Positions 46,645 to 56,291 are shown, counted from the first letter of the stretch. The stretch is 64,000 nt of DNA from an uncultured Eubacteriales bacterium (GCA_964449165.1 CAYVAT010000004.1:91317-155316), one strand, 5' to 3'. The notes: generated by a model from the letters alone, not told the origin. Translations and numbers: made by a program.

Positions 46645-47925
46645 TTATCCTTTACTCCTTTTCATGTTCTTGATGCGCTGCAGGGCAAACGGTATGGTCA
46701 TCATATAGAGAAAGAGAGTGGTGATTTCGGAGTCTCCGAAATTATATTCGAAGAGACCGGCAATAACTAATCCCGAGATGGCTGCTAAAGCAGCTGCTGC
46801 TAAGGGGAAAAGGGATGGCTCTTTTTTTCTCAGCAGCTTCGCTTGAGCCACCATGGCCCAGACAAGGAAAGCTAGCCAACTGAGAAGGGTCGGGATCCCT
46901 CTTTCAGCAGCGATCTGGATGAAGTTATTGTGGAGATGAACATTTTGTCTTGCCTCATCGGAGAGGTCAAACCTGGGATCCTTGAAGACCAGGTCCACTG
47001 TGTCCGGACCTGTTCCAAAAAGCGGCTGATCCTTGATAATAGTCAATCCTGTCTTTATGTACTCTATTCGGTATCTGTTGGAGGGGGACTTCAGGTTGAA
47101 AGTGCTCAGGGCTCTCTGTTTGATGGGCTGAGGGCTGGCCAGGAAGAAAAGCCCCACAGCCACAGGTACCAAGATGAGAGTCTTAGGCTTGTAGAGGAAA
47201 AGGATGACACAGGAGGCGATGATGATCCCCAGCCAGGCACTTCGTGTCAAGGTAAGAGCCAGGGCTCCAAGAGAAAAGATATACCCTATTCCCCATAGAT
47301 ACCGCCATTTGTCTTTGGAGAAGAGAAACATGCTCGCAGCCGCAGTGCTGAAAAGAAGCAGGAGCCCTGCCTGGGTCATGTAATGGCCCATGAATCCCGT
47401 TATTCTTTCACCAGGATAGCTGCGGAAAAGAAAATAGAAGAGAGAGTAGAGGAGGCTTATCCATCCCGAAACTAAGAGCGCCCGGTGGATTTTTGAGACT
47501 GTTTTCTCTTCTTGGATACCGAGATAGATAATGGGTACGATGAGGAAGAGAAGGAGCTCTCGGCTGTCTTTTAGACTGATTTGAGGATCGACGGAGAGAA
47601 AAGAGGAGATGAGAGAGAGGATACTATAGAGGAGCAAGGGCCAGAAAAAAGATGGGAAGAGAGGCTTCTGTTTTTCGCGGATGAGAATGGCGATCCAGCA
47701 GAGGAAGGAAAGAAAGATAAAAATCTGGCTCAAGGAGATGGATATCATGGAGAAAAGAAGGTAGAGGGTGATGAACCAGGAGATGAGGGTGAAAAGAGGG
47801 ATCTTTTTCCATTTTCTTTTGCTCCTCAGTCCTTCCGCCTCTAGGATTGAATTATCCAAGCCTTGTGAGGATGCAAGGGGCGGAGAGCTTCCTCTATCAG
47901 AATGTCTTTTCACTTTTCGATTCAT
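46645..47925 (-). CDS. O-antigen ligase/polymerase-family (Wzy_C, WaaL-like) membrane protein
   Basis: About 10-12 TM helices; LTRSAWLG and periplasmic-loop HLHNNFIQIAAERGI match the Wzy_C signature. Confidence 0.7.
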   Translation of the reverse strand: MNRKVKRHSDRGSSPPLASSQGLDNSILEAEGLRSKRKWKKIPLFTLISWFITLYLLFSMISISLSQIFIFLSFLCWIAILIREKQKPLFPSFFWPLLLYSILSLISSFLSVDPQISLKDSRELLLFLIVPIIYLGIQEEKTVSKIHRALLVSGWISLLYSLFYFLFRSYPGERITGFMGHYMTQAGLLLLFSTAAASMFLFSKDKWRYLWGIGYIFSLGALALTLTRSAWLGIIIASCVILFLYKPKTLILVPVAVGLFFLASPQPIKQRALSTFNLKSPSNRYRIEYIKTGLTIIKDQPLFGTGPDTVDLVFKDPRFDLSDEARQNVHLHNNFIQIAAERGIPTLLSWLAFLVWAMVAQAKLLRKKEPSLFPLAAAALAAISGLVIAGLFEYNFGDSEITTLFLYMMTIPFALQRIKNMKRSKG

Positions 47926-47933
47926 TCTTGCCT

Positions 47934-49046
47934 TTACTTTGCTTCAGGATCATCCTCATCATGGCCATGCTTCTGAGATTCATTTCCTTTCAGGAAGCCG
48001 AGACAAGCAGTGTAGACCTCTTCTGGATCAATGCTGCGCAAGCATCTGAAGTCTCGATAGATGCATTGTCTTTGCTTGCATGGTCGACAGTCAAAGCTTT
48101 TCTCTATCAAAATCGCCTTAGCCTTCCAGGGAGCAAAGTTGGCAGGGAGAGTAGGGCCAAAATAAGCCACGATTGGGGTTGTTGTGGAAGCAGCGATGTG
48201 CATGGGGCCACTGTCAGGACCGACAAACAGGGAGGAGGAAAGGATAAGTTCTCTTAATTCCCTCAAGTTAAGATTTCCGACTAAGGAATAGATCGGAGCA
48301 GGACTTCCCTTAATAATGAGTGTTTCTGCATCTCTGTCTTCGTCTGTTCCAACCAGAACAACCTTTGCCTTGGGGTGAAGAGAGAGGCGTTTTATCAATC
48401 CAATGATTTTGTCTGCTCCCCAATTACGGAATTCATTTCCCGCGCTGATATGGATTACCACCACTTTGGAATCATGCAGGCGGTTTTCTGTGATGAAATT
48501 CTTGATTTTTTGGATATCCTCCCTTTTTGGCCGAGGAAGAGAAAGAGGAGGAATGGCGGAGACTTCTACCCCGAGGGCTTTCACCAGGTTGACATGGTTT
48601 TCCACGCTGTGATAAGGCCCGTTCTTCCTGTTTCGAGGGATAGCAATATGGTAGACAAAATTTCTGTACTTAACTTTATAACCCACTTTAAGCTTTGTTC
48701 CAGAGAAAAAAGTTATCCAGGAAGCCCGGGGTCCGCTGTGGAAATCGAGTACAGCGTCGAAGGCTTTCTTTCGGATTCTCCGGATGAGCCGCAAGAAACC
48801 CCTCGTATTCAGATTTTCGGGAAGGGCCAGGACCTCATCCACATGGGGATGGTCTTCGACAAGCTCCCTGTAAGGCTCTTCCACCATGTAGGAGATGGAG
48901 GCATTGGGGAAATTCTCTCTCAGGATGGAAAGAGCGGGGGTGGTCATGATGACGTCACCGATCCGTCTCAGCCGAATCAGGAGTATTTTGTTGATATCTG
49001 AGGGGTCAATCTTTTGTTTTTCTTTCTGGCTCAATGGTGGCCTCAT
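47934..49046 (-). CDS. Glycosyltransferase family 9 (ADP-heptose:LPS heptosyltransferase-like)
   Basis: ILLIRLRRIGDVIMTTPALSILR...VVVIHISAGNEFRNW...VGPDSGPMHIAASTTTPIVAYFGPT. Confidence 0.8.
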   Translation of the reverse strand: MRPPLSQKEKQKIDPSDINKILLIRLRRIGDVIMTTPALSILRENFPNASISYMVEEPYRELVEDHPHVDEVLALPENLNTRGFLRLIRRIRKKAFDAVLDFHSGPRASWITFFSGTKLKVGYKVKYRNFVYHIAIPRNRKNGPYHSVENHVNLVKALGVEVSAIPPLSLPRPKREDIQKIKNFITENRLHDSKVVVIHISAGNEFRNWGADKIIGLIKRLSLHPKAKVVLVGTDEDRDAETLIIKGSPAPIYSLVGNLNLRELRELILSSSLFVGPDSGPMHIAASTTTPIVAYFGPTLPANFAPWKAKAILIEKSFDCRPCKQRQCIYRDFRCLRSIDPEEVYTACLGFLKGNESQKHGHDEDDPEAK

Positions 49047-49194
49047 CGATGAGCATCACCGGAATACCTTCCTTTATGGGATAGACCCGATGGCATTTCA
49101 CGCACTTTAGACCTTTCTCATCTGAGGTCAACTTGACATCTGTCTTACATAAAGGGCAGGCAAGGATTTCTAGAAGTTGAGGGTCAAGGACCAT
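49006..49194 (-). CDS. Trm112/UPF0434 (YcaR-like) small zinc-ribbon protein
   Basis: 62 aa: LLEILACPLCKTDVKLTSDEKGLKCVKCHRVYPIKEGIPVMLIDEA; overlaps the 5' end of the GT9 gene by 41 nt. Confidence 0.7.
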   Translation of the reverse strand: MVLDPQLLEILACPLCKTDVKLTSDEKGLKCVKCHRVYPIKEGIPVMLIDEATIEPERKTKD

Positions 49195-49308
49195 TCTTTA
49201 TCTCCTTCAGGGTATAATAACCCATATTCTTTCCCTCCGTCAATCTTACGATATTTTTTGATACCATTTCCAAATCCATGATAGTTGAAGATGAGGAATA
49301 TAGTCAGC

Positions 49309-49385
49309 CACTGCGCCGGTTCCCATCCCTCCTCGCCAAGACCCTCCCACCCTCCACAATGGGCTTCAGAGATATGGGTCCTGGC
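49309..49385. repeat. Copy A of an approximately 55-nt repeated intergenic element (core GCCAAGACCCTCCCACCCTCCACAATGGGCTTC) in a divergent promoter region
   Basis: 33-nt core matches copy B with 2 mismatches; flanking CGGTTCCCATCC also shared. Confidence 0.5.
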
Positions 49386-49480
49386 TCCGATCTGCCTAAC
49401 CACACAAAATGTTTCCCTCATCACGGAAACAGAAATGCAGATTGACAGCGGGTTGAGAGGGGTGATATTTTAAGCAAAAA

Positions 49481-50584
49481 ATGAAGGTTTGCTTTCTGGG
49501 AGGTTACAATCCGAGTTATCCACGAAACACGGTCATCAGAAAAGGCTTCAGGGCACACGGGATAGCAGTTTCTCAATGCTGGCTGCCTCCTGGATATAAA
49601 TCATGGATGCGTTATCCTCTGCTTTTTTTTCGTTCCTGGTCGTGTCTTTCCGGCCATGATCTCTTTTTTGTCCCTGAGTTTTGTCAGAAAGATGTCCCTT
49701 TAGCGAAATTCATTTCCTTTTTTGCAGGAAGAAAGGTGATTTTCGATCCTCTGGCTTCCCGCTTCGAGACCAAGATACTGGACTGGAAGAGGAAACCTCC
49801 TCATTCCTGGCAGGCCAGATGGAACTTCAGGATAGATTCTTGGGCTTTCAGGCTCTCCAATCTCGTCCTCGCCGATACCCATGCCCACAAGGAATATTAC
49901 TGTCAGGACTACAGGCTTCCCGATGATAAAGTGGAGGTTGTGCCAGTGGGCTATGACAGCGACCTTTTTCAACGCATATCAGATAAAGAAAGGCAGGGAG
50001 GAGATAAGTTTAAAGTTCTTTTCTTCGGTTCTTTCCTTCCTCTTCATGGGGTCAAGACCATCATCCAGTCGGCGAGGATTCTGTCTAGAAAAGATTCCTC
50101 TGTCTTTATTAAGCTTATCGGTTCAGGACAGACAAGGCCTGAGTCCCAGGCACTGGCTTCCCGATGGAGCTTGGATAACGTTCATTTTGAAGGATGGCTC
50201 CCTCAAGAATCTCTTCCTCAGCAAATTGCCCAGGCGGATATTTGCTTGGGGATTTTTGGGAAGGGAGAGAAGGCGAGAAGGGTTGTTCCCCACAAGATTT
50301 TTCAGGCCATGGCTATGGGAAAAGCAGTTGTTACCCTCCGTACCCCTGCTGTGGAAGAGTTTTTTCACCACAGAGAGGATATATTTCTCTGTCCCTCATC
50401 CCATCCGTCAGAGGTAGCCCAGGCTGTGCTTGAGCTGAAGAGAGACTCTGAATTAAGAAGAAAAGTAGCAGAAGGAGGATATGATCTGGTAAGCCAGAAA
50501 TTTTCGCCCGAGGCCATCGGCAGCATGCTTATAGATATTTTAAAGAGGCATCATTATCTCTCCTCCCAAGGACTTCTCCATTGA
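49481..50584 (+). CDS. GT4-family (GT-B) glycosyltransferase
   Basis: C-terminal Glycos_transf_1 pattern FFGSFLPLHGVKTIIQ...KIFQAMAMGKAVVTLRTP. Confidence 0.75.
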   Translation: MKVCFLGGYNPSYPRNTVIRKGFRAHGIAVSQCWLPPGYKSWMRYPLLFFRSWSCLSGHDLFFVPEFCQKDVPLAKFISFFAGRKVIFDPLASRFETKILDWKRKPPHSWQARWNFRIDSWAFRLSNLVLADTHAHKEYYCQDYRLPDDKVEVVPVGYDSDLFQRISDKERQGGDKFKVLFFGSFLPLHGVKTIIQSARILSRKDSSVFIKLIGSGQTRPESQALASRWSLDNVHFEGWLPQESLPQQIAQADICLGIFGKGEKARRVVPHKIFQAMAMGKAVVTLRTPAVEEFFHHREDIFLCPSSHPSEVAQAVLELKRDSELRRKVAEGGYDLVSQKFSPEAIGSMLIDILKRHHYLSSQGLLH

Positions 50585-51405
50585 AACAAAAATTTGGCCA
50601 ACCTGTGCGGCTTCCTCCATTCAGGGGGAGAGTGAATTCCAGCTATGATCACCCTCGGTTTCTGGAAGCCGTCACAAATTGTGAGAGCCTTCTTGATGGC
50701 CCTGATTGTGAAATTCTGCATGAAGGACGCAATCGACTGGGTGTTGTTTCCCTTTCCCGTAAAGATGGAACCAGAGCAGATATCGTTATTAAAGAGTTCC
50801 GTACTCGCGGTGCAAACAAACTCAAGAGCATTTTTCTCCCTGGCAAAGCCTCGAAGGCGTGGAGCGGGGCGCACAGACTCTTGGAAAGAGAGATCGGCAC
50901 ACCTTTTCCTGTGGCTTACCTGGAGGAAAGAGGAAGATTCTTTCTCCGAAGAAGCTTCTATTTGAGTGAGAGAATTGAAGGAGCGGAGGAAGCGAGATCC
51001 CTGTTCCGAAACCTTCATCCACAGGAGCTTGAATCCTTGTTGCTTGCCCTTGCCAGATTTCTTTCCAATTGTCACCAAAAGTGTGTTCTCCACCGAGATC
51101 TTTCCGACGGGAACATCCTGGTCAGGAGGAGTAACCAGAGGCATCATCAGTTTTTTTTGATCGACACCAATCGGGTTCGGATAAAAAAACACATCAACCT
51201 GTTGAGCAGGGTGAAGAATCTTATTCGATTGGGTGTTCCGCCTGGAGCTCAGCGCTTTTTCTTGTCCTGTTATTTGGGGGATCACAGCGAAAAGGCATTC
51301 ATCTGGCTCTGGTATCGTTTCCACAAGTTATGTTACTCATGGTATATTGAGATGAAAAAGAAGCTCAGGCTCAGACAAATAGCCCGGAGATTAAGGATTC
51401 AGTGA
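50581..51405 (+). CDS. Lipopolysaccharide kinase (Kdo/WaaP-family; Kdo kinase KdkA-like)
   Basis: VLHRDLSDGNILV...FFLIDTNRVR protein-kinase-like catalytic loop typical of the Kdo/WaaP family; 4-nt overlap with the upstream GT4 gene. Confidence 0.7.
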   Translation: MKQKFGQPVRLPPFRGRVNSSYDHPRFLEAVTNCESLLDGPDCEILHEGRNRLGVVSLSRKDGTRADIVIKEFRTRGANKLKSIFLPGKASKAWSGAHRLLEREIGTPFPVAYLEERGRFFLRRSFYLSERIEGAEEARSLFRNLHPQELESLLLALARFLSNCHQKCVLHRDLSDGNILVRRSNQRHHQFFLIDTNRVRIKKHINLLSRVKNLIRLGVPPGAQRFFLSCYLGDHSEKAFIWLWYRFHKLCYSWYIEMKKKLRLRQIARRLRIQ

Positions 51406-51406
51406 G

Positions 51407-52678
51407 ATGCATTTTTTGTTCGAATGGAATCCTTATGCTGATCAGCCTCATAACATCGCTCCCAGAAAAGAGCGTCTCAAGCATCATCTCAGACATGCAG
51501 ATACCTATTTCAGCCTGGCTGCTTCTAACCTCCGGAGAGCTGTTCCTGTATTGACCCTTTACAGGAAATACAGGAAAAAGATGTATAAGGGACAAGTCCA
51601 GATAGGCGACCCTTTCTCTCTTTCTGTTTCACCGCATGGGGGGAGGGAGGATGAGATTGTATCACTTCTCGACGAGATAGATATCCGGAGGATACTGATC
51701 AGAATTTTCTCATGGGAGTCATCAGGCCTTGCTCAGTGCCAGAAATTTTCAGAGCTTCTCTTCTCTCGAGATAAAGAAGTGACTCTGGCTTTGCTCCAGA
51801 ACAGAGAGGATGTGATCTCTCCTTCCCGCTGGAGCGGCTTCTTGGAGGATGTTTTTTCCCGGTTCCATTCTCATGTGTCCTTCTTCGAGGTGGGGCATGC
51901 CTGGAATCGGACAAAATGGGGAGTTTGGGACTATAGGGAATATTTAAGACTGGCACGCCCGGCTGTGAATTTAGCCAAAAAATATGGTGTGAAGATCGTG
52001 GGACCGGCGGTCATCGATTTTGAGTTCCATCTCTATCCCGCTGTCCTGGCTGAAGTTACCTTTGATAAAATCAGTTCTCTTCTCTATGTGGATAGGATGG
52101 GAGCCCCGGAGGAAAAGCAGTTTGGATGGGACACGTCCAGAAAAATAGCACTTTTAAAAGCTGTGGTGGATGGCTCCGCAAAGAGGAGTCAGGATTTATG
52201 GATCACTGAGGTCAACTGGCCTTTGAAAGGGACAGGAAAATATTCTCCTGCTTCGGGAAAGCCCAATGTTTCAGAGGAGGAACAGGCTGATTATCTGGTT
52301 CGTTATTATATTCTCTGTGTGTGCAGCGGATTTGTTCAGAGAGTTTACTGGTGGCAGTTGGTTGCTCCAGGCTATGGGCTCGTTGACAGTAGAGGGAGAG
52401 AATGGAGGAAGAGACCGGGTTTCTATGCCATGAAAACCATGGCTGCTCATCTGAGGGGGAGTAAATTTTTGAGAAAGATAGATCACCATCAGGCAGAACT
52501 TTTTTCCTTCTCCAGAGGAGAAAAGAATTTTGTTGTCTGCTGGTCAAGAAACAGTGCTGTGACATATCGTTTCCCCAGAAAAATTGTGAGGGTGATCAAC
52601 CGAGATGGAAAAGAGATCTCCTGTCTTGAAAACAGAGTGGAGATCGACGGAAGCCCGAAATATGTATTTCTTGATTAG
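51407..52678 (+). CDS. Hypothetical protein, possibly a clan GH-A-like TIM-barrel glycoside hydrolase
   Basis: ITEVNW segment resembles the nucleophile strand of GH-A enzymes; otherwise no secure motif. Confidence 0.3.
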   Translation: MHFLFEWNPYADQPHNIAPRKERLKHHLRHADTYFSLAASNLRRAVPVLTLYRKYRKKMYKGQVQIGDPFSLSVSPHGGREDEIVSLLDEIDIRRILIRIFSWESSGLAQCQKFSELLFSRDKEVTLALLQNREDVISPSRWSGFLEDVFSRFHSHVSFFEVGHAWNRTKWGVWDYREYLRLARPAVNLAKKYGVKIVGPAVIDFEFHLYPAVLAEVTFDKISSLLYVDRMGAPEEKQFGWDTSRKIALLKAVVDGSAKRSQDLWITEVNWPLKGTGKYSPASGKPNVSEEEQADYLVRYYILCVCSGFVQRVYWWQLVAPGYGLVDSRGREWRKRPGFYAMKTMAAHLRGSKFLRKIDHHQAELFSFSRGEKNFVVCWSRNSAVTYRFPRKIVRVINRDGKEISCLENRVEIDGSPKYVFLD

Positions 52679-52715
52679 TCCTCATCCTCCTTTCTAGGAT
52701 TCAGGTGAAAGAAAG

Positions 52716-53369
52716 ATGATGAGCGAGAGACCTTCCAGCGTCTCTTTTCTGAAGCATGAAGTTGAGGACTACGAAAAAAAAAGGTATCGGGGCCTTGACC
52801 AGAGGTTTGTTGACCAGAGGGAAAAGAGGATTTTAAGAAGAATCCTGGGAGAGATTCATGAAGATGGGAGCATAATCCTCGATATTCCCAGCGGCTATGG
52901 CCGTTTCTCAGATCTCTTGCTGGAGAGAGGATCCGCTTTGGTGAGCAGTGACCTTTCTTTCCATATGCTCAGGCGGGCAAAGGAAAGGAGCTCGCTGGAA
53001 GGGGTTCATTCTGCGGTTGTCTCCGATGCCAAGAAGGGATTGCCTTTTAAAGGTGAGGCTTTCACTATCCTCGTTTGCATGCGTTTTTTCCATCATCTTC
53101 ACAAGAAAGAAGAACGCGAGTTCGTTCTTAAAGAGTTTGCCACCGTCTCCTCGAATTGGGTGATCCTTACCTTCTACAAAAAAAACTTCCTTCATACTCT
53201 TCAGAGAAAACTGCGCAGAAGAATAAAGAAAACCAAGCGGAGAATCAGCATGATCTCGATGAGGGAATTTCAGCAGGAGGTGAATCGGGCAGGTCTGTCA
53301 GTGGCTGAGGTTTTTCCTCTCTTCAGGATTTTCCATGCTCAGCATATCGTGCTTCTCCGAAAATCCTAA
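52716..53369 (+). CDS. Class I SAM-dependent methyltransferase
   Basis: ILDIPSGYGRFSDLLLERGSALVSSDLSFHML motif I region. Confidence 0.65.
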   Translation: MMSERPSSVSFLKHEVEDYEKKRYRGLDQRFVDQREKRILRRILGEIHEDGSIILDIPSGYGRFSDLLLERGSALVSSDLSFHMLRRAKERSSLEGVHSAVVSDAKKGLPFKGEAFTILVCMRFFHHLHKKEEREFVLKEFATVSSNWVILTFYKKNFLHTLQRKLRRRIKKTKRRISMISMREFQQEVNRAGLSVAEVFPLFRIFHAQHIVLLRKS

Positions 53370-54529
53370 AACCTTATTTTAATCCCCATTCTTAGGCTAA
53401 AGCCAGAAAAGTCCACCACAGCCTCCTTTACTTTAGAGACATCAGAACCTGCTGGCTCGTTCTTACGGATAAAGAGGAGAGGATAGGTTGCATCTCCCCC
53501 TCCCACTCCCTGATAGAAGTATAGTTTTCCTTCTTCTGTGGAGAGGGAATCTTCGGAATCTCTGTAGGTGTTTTTTCCTTCAAATCCTGTGATTCGGGCA
53601 TAACGCCCCAAGGCTTCAATGACGAAACTCAATGAAGAGTATATCTTCCATTCAAACCCGAAACCCCCGAAGAAACCAAAATCCTGGGCCTTGGCTTCTC
53701 CTTGATGTTCTTCCCAGAGTTCTCCTCTCTCCAATCTATAAAGATAGACACATTCAGCAAAATAGTATTCCACACCGGTCTTGATGTAAAAAGAGGAGAA
53801 GGGGGAGAAGGTAAGAAAAAGTCTCAAGGGAAGAGCCTGGATTTTGGGTTGGGTGATGAAACTCTGAGTGGTTGTGTCGTTCATCCTGAAGTCCACTTGA
53901 CTCTTCTTTTCGCCTTGTAAGAAATCTGCTCCCAGTCCTACAGAAATATCAGAGGAGAGAGAAAAGTTTAATTCTCCTCCAAAGACATAACTCAGGCGCA
54001 CAGACCGAACCTCCCCGCTTCCTTCTAGGGAAAGAGCATCCCTGTAGAAATCAGCCAAGCCTTTGGTTCCTGTGTTTAGGTCTCCACCATTGATGAAACC
54101 TGCGCCTCCAGAGAGGGAGAGATCAAACCGGTGTTTGATAGGTGGAGAGGGAGGAGGTATTGTCGGATAGACCTTTATTTCGGTCGGTTCCTCTTTTGAG
54201 GTCACTTCCTTTAGTTTCTGTGCTTTTTCTTTTTCCTTCGGAGGAAGAGGGCTGATCACCACAACCAAGCTTTCATGAACATAGCCGGAAGCACGCTCTT
54301 CTTCATCTGTCTCTATTATGATCTGATACCACTCTCCTTCCTTACCCGATGAGTTGAGGATGGTTCCCTCGGGCACTTGCTTGATGATGATGCTTCCGAT
54401 ATCAGGTTTAAGCCTTATGTTGGCCTGTTCGGCAACCACCTTCAACTTATAAGGGACCTCCTGGGCGAGGATGGCCATCGCTAAGAAGATGGGGATAAGC
54501 AGGGATAAAATGAGAATTCTTTTCTTCAT
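53366..54529 (-). CDS. Secreted protein with N-terminal SH3b-like domain and C-terminal outer-membrane beta-barrel-like region
   Basis: Signal peptide MKKRILILSLLIPIFLAMAILAQE; SH3b-like ANIRLKPDIGSIIIKQVPEGTILNSSGKEGEWYQI; alternating amphipathic strands and terminal ...GIKIRF (aromatic C-terminal residue typical of OMPs). Confidence 0.45.
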   Translation of the reverse strand: MKKRILILSLLIPIFLAMAILAQEVPYKLKVVAEQANIRLKPDIGSIIIKQVPEGTILNSSGKEGEWYQIIIETDEEERASGYVHESLVVVISPLPPKEKEKAQKLKEVTSKEEPTEIKVYPTIPPPSPPIKHRFDLSLSGGAGFINGGDLNTGTKGLADFYRDALSLEGSGEVRSVRLSYVFGGELNFSLSSDISVGLGADFLQGEKKSQVDFRMNDTTTQSFITQPKIQALPLRLFLTFSPFSSFYIKTGVEYYFAECVYLYRLERGELWEEHQGEAKAQDFGFFGGFGFEWKIYSSLSFVIEALGRYARITGFEGKNTYRDSEDSLSTEEGKLYFYQGVGGGDATYPLLFIRKNEPAGSDVSKVKEAVVDFSGFSLRMGIKIRF

Positions 54530-54642
54530 AGGCGAAGATTTTCTCCAAAATTATAGAAAAGCTATTTCTCGCTGTCAAGGAAGTCGATTTTAGAAAGCAT
54601 TTCTATTTCTGTTATAGTGAATGAATAGGAACAAAATCGACT

Positions 54643-54728
54643 ATAGCGACGGTTCCCGTCCATCCTTGCCAAGACCCTCCCACCCACCACTATGGGCTTC
54701 GGATGGACAGGAACCGCCGTATCGCTGT
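54643..54728. repeat. Copy B of the same element, here a long imperfect hairpin (about 20-bp arms GACGGTTCCCGTCCATCC / GGATGGACAGGAACCGCCGT) with the conserved core in the loop
   Basis: Inverted repeat and core read directly from the sequence. Confidence 0.5.
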
Positions 54729-54836
54729 TTAACTGGATAAAATATCTTCGCTTATCCCGGAAATGAAAATGCTATCCTGATTTTGCTGTTTCTTGGAAAA
54801 AGTGCTAATATCTATTAAGATCCTGAGGAGGAGACC

Positions 54837-55619
54837 ATGACGGATTTTCAGGGACAAAAAACTGCGAAAGCATTTCTTCTTGCTCTTTTTTTCTTTCTGA
54901 TTTCCATCAGCACGCTTCTCGGAGAGAAAGCTCCCAAAATAATGTTCAAGCATGAATCCTGGGATTTTGGCAGAGTAGACCAGGGAAAGATACTGACCCA
55001 TGTCTTTCCTTTCAGCAATGATGGGGATGATACCCTGCATATCAACAGGGTGAGGACTTCGTGTGGGTGCACGGCTGCCCTTGTCTCAGAAGATAAGGTT
55101 CTGCCCGGAAAAACGGGTGAAATAAAAGTCGATTTCAACACACAGGGATATGAAGGCGAGGTCAGCAAATACATCTATGTAGAGACCAATGATCCTCAAA
55201 ACCCGAAAAAACAACTGACTATCACAGCCCGGATAAACGTTCCTCCTCGCCCGAGAATAGACCTTGATCGCTACAGTATAGACATCGGTCTGATCCTGGA
55301 TACAGAGGAGATCAGGGCCAAGACAAAAATCAAAAACAGAGGGGAATTGGAACTGAAAGTGGACTGTTCTCATCAGGACGCAACATTTTATCGAGAAGGG
55401 AAGGAGATTTCTTTCCCCCTTAGAATCCCTGCCGGGAAGGAGGAAGAGGTGGAGATAAAAATACCACCACGCAAGAAAAACGGATTGATCCGGGAATATG
55501 TCTTGATTAAGTCCAACGACCCTTATCGGGGAACTCTCTCCTTGTATTTAAGCGGATATGTGGTGAATAAAAGGCAGCTCAAAGAGCTTTTTGCCAAATA
55601 CAGAGACATTATAGATTAG
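54837..55619 (+). CDS. DUF1573 (Ig-like, CGCT-motif) domain protein with signal peptide
   Basis: HESWDFGRVDQGKILTHVFPFSNDGDDTLHINRVRTSCGCTAALVS is the DUF1573 signature. Confidence 0.7.
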   Translation: MTDFQGQKTAKAFLLALFFFLISISTLLGEKAPKIMFKHESWDFGRVDQGKILTHVFPFSNDGDDTLHINRVRTSCGCTAALVSEDKVLPGKTGEIKVDFNTQGYEGEVSKYIYVETNDPQNPKKQLTITARINVPPRPRIDLDRYSIDIGLILDTEEIRAKTKIKNRGELELKVDCSHQDATFYREGKEISFPLRIPAGKEEEVEIKIPPRKKNGLIREYVLIKSNDPYRGTLSLYLSGYVVNKRQLKELFAKYRDIID

Positions 55620-55628
55620 CTGTTCTTC

Positions 55629-55952
55629 ATGATTTTTTTTGCCAACTTTCTGAACGCTTTGTCCCGGATACTTCACATTCTCTTGATGATCTATTTTTGG
55701 GTTGTTATTCTGAGGGCCATTCTTTCCTGGGTGAATATTCCAGCCCTTTACCAGCTCCATGTCATTCTCTATTATTTGACTGAGCCGGTGTTGCGTCCTT
55801 TCCGCAGAATCATGCCTCCCTATAGACTGGGAGGGATCGATATCAGCCCCATCCTTGTCATTTTAGTCATCTTATTTGTGGATTCATTCCTGGTCAAATC
55901 TCTTTCTCTGTACGCTCATCAACTGCTGAGAGAGCAGACCTTACAATTTTGA
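55629..55952 (+). CDS. yggT: YggT-family membrane protein
   Basis: 107 aa, 2-3 TM helices, ...VLRPFRRIMPPYRLGGIDISPIL... Confidence 0.7.
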   Translation: MIFFANFLNALSRILHILLMIYFWVVILRAILSWVNIPALYQLHVILYYLTEPVLRPFRRIMPPYRLGGIDISPILVILVILFVDSFLVKSLSLYAHQLLREQTLQF

Positions 55953-55991
55953 TAGATTCGAGTCCATCCCAGCGTCTCTATAAGAGGAGTT

Positions 55992-56279
55992 ATGATGGAA
56001 GGAAACAAGAGGATCTATCTTTCCATAAAGGTTAAAGCTCGGGCTCGAAAGCGCCGAGTGGAAAAGACAGGACCTTCAGAATATAGAATCAGTGTGGTTT
56101 CTCCTCCTTCCAAGGGAAAGGCCAATCAAGAAGTGGTTAGAGCCCTGGCCTCTTACTTTGACCTTCCTCCATCTCAGGTAAAGATCATAAGCGGGATAAA
56201 ATCACCGCGAAAAAGGGTCCTTATCGAGGTGCATGAGCAACGGGTTTCAGGATATGAGCAAGATAAAGAACCCGGATAA
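55992..56279 (+). CDS. DUF167/UPF0235 (YggU-like) protein
   Basis: 95 aa; ...SVVSPPSKGKANQEVVRALASYFDLPPSQVKIISGIKSPRKRVLIE; sits next to yggT as in many genomes. Confidence 0.7.
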   Translation: MMEGNKRIYLSIKVKARARKRRVEKTGPSEYRISVVSPPSKGKANQEVVRALASYFDLPPSQVKIISGIKSPRKRVLIEVHEQRVSGYEQDKEPG

Positions 56280-56291
56280 GGATAAGGAAGG

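Noticed and set aside
50554-51324. 256-aa minus-strand ORF antisense to the LPS-kinase gene; many other 60-150-aa ORFs nested antisense inside confident genes (e.g. 45007-45399, 45075-45524, 31445-31885, 13440-13811, 15825-16328)
   Set aside because: They overlap well-supported genes on the opposite strand, have no recognisable motifs and show low-complexity/Arg-Ser-rich composition typical of antisense frames.
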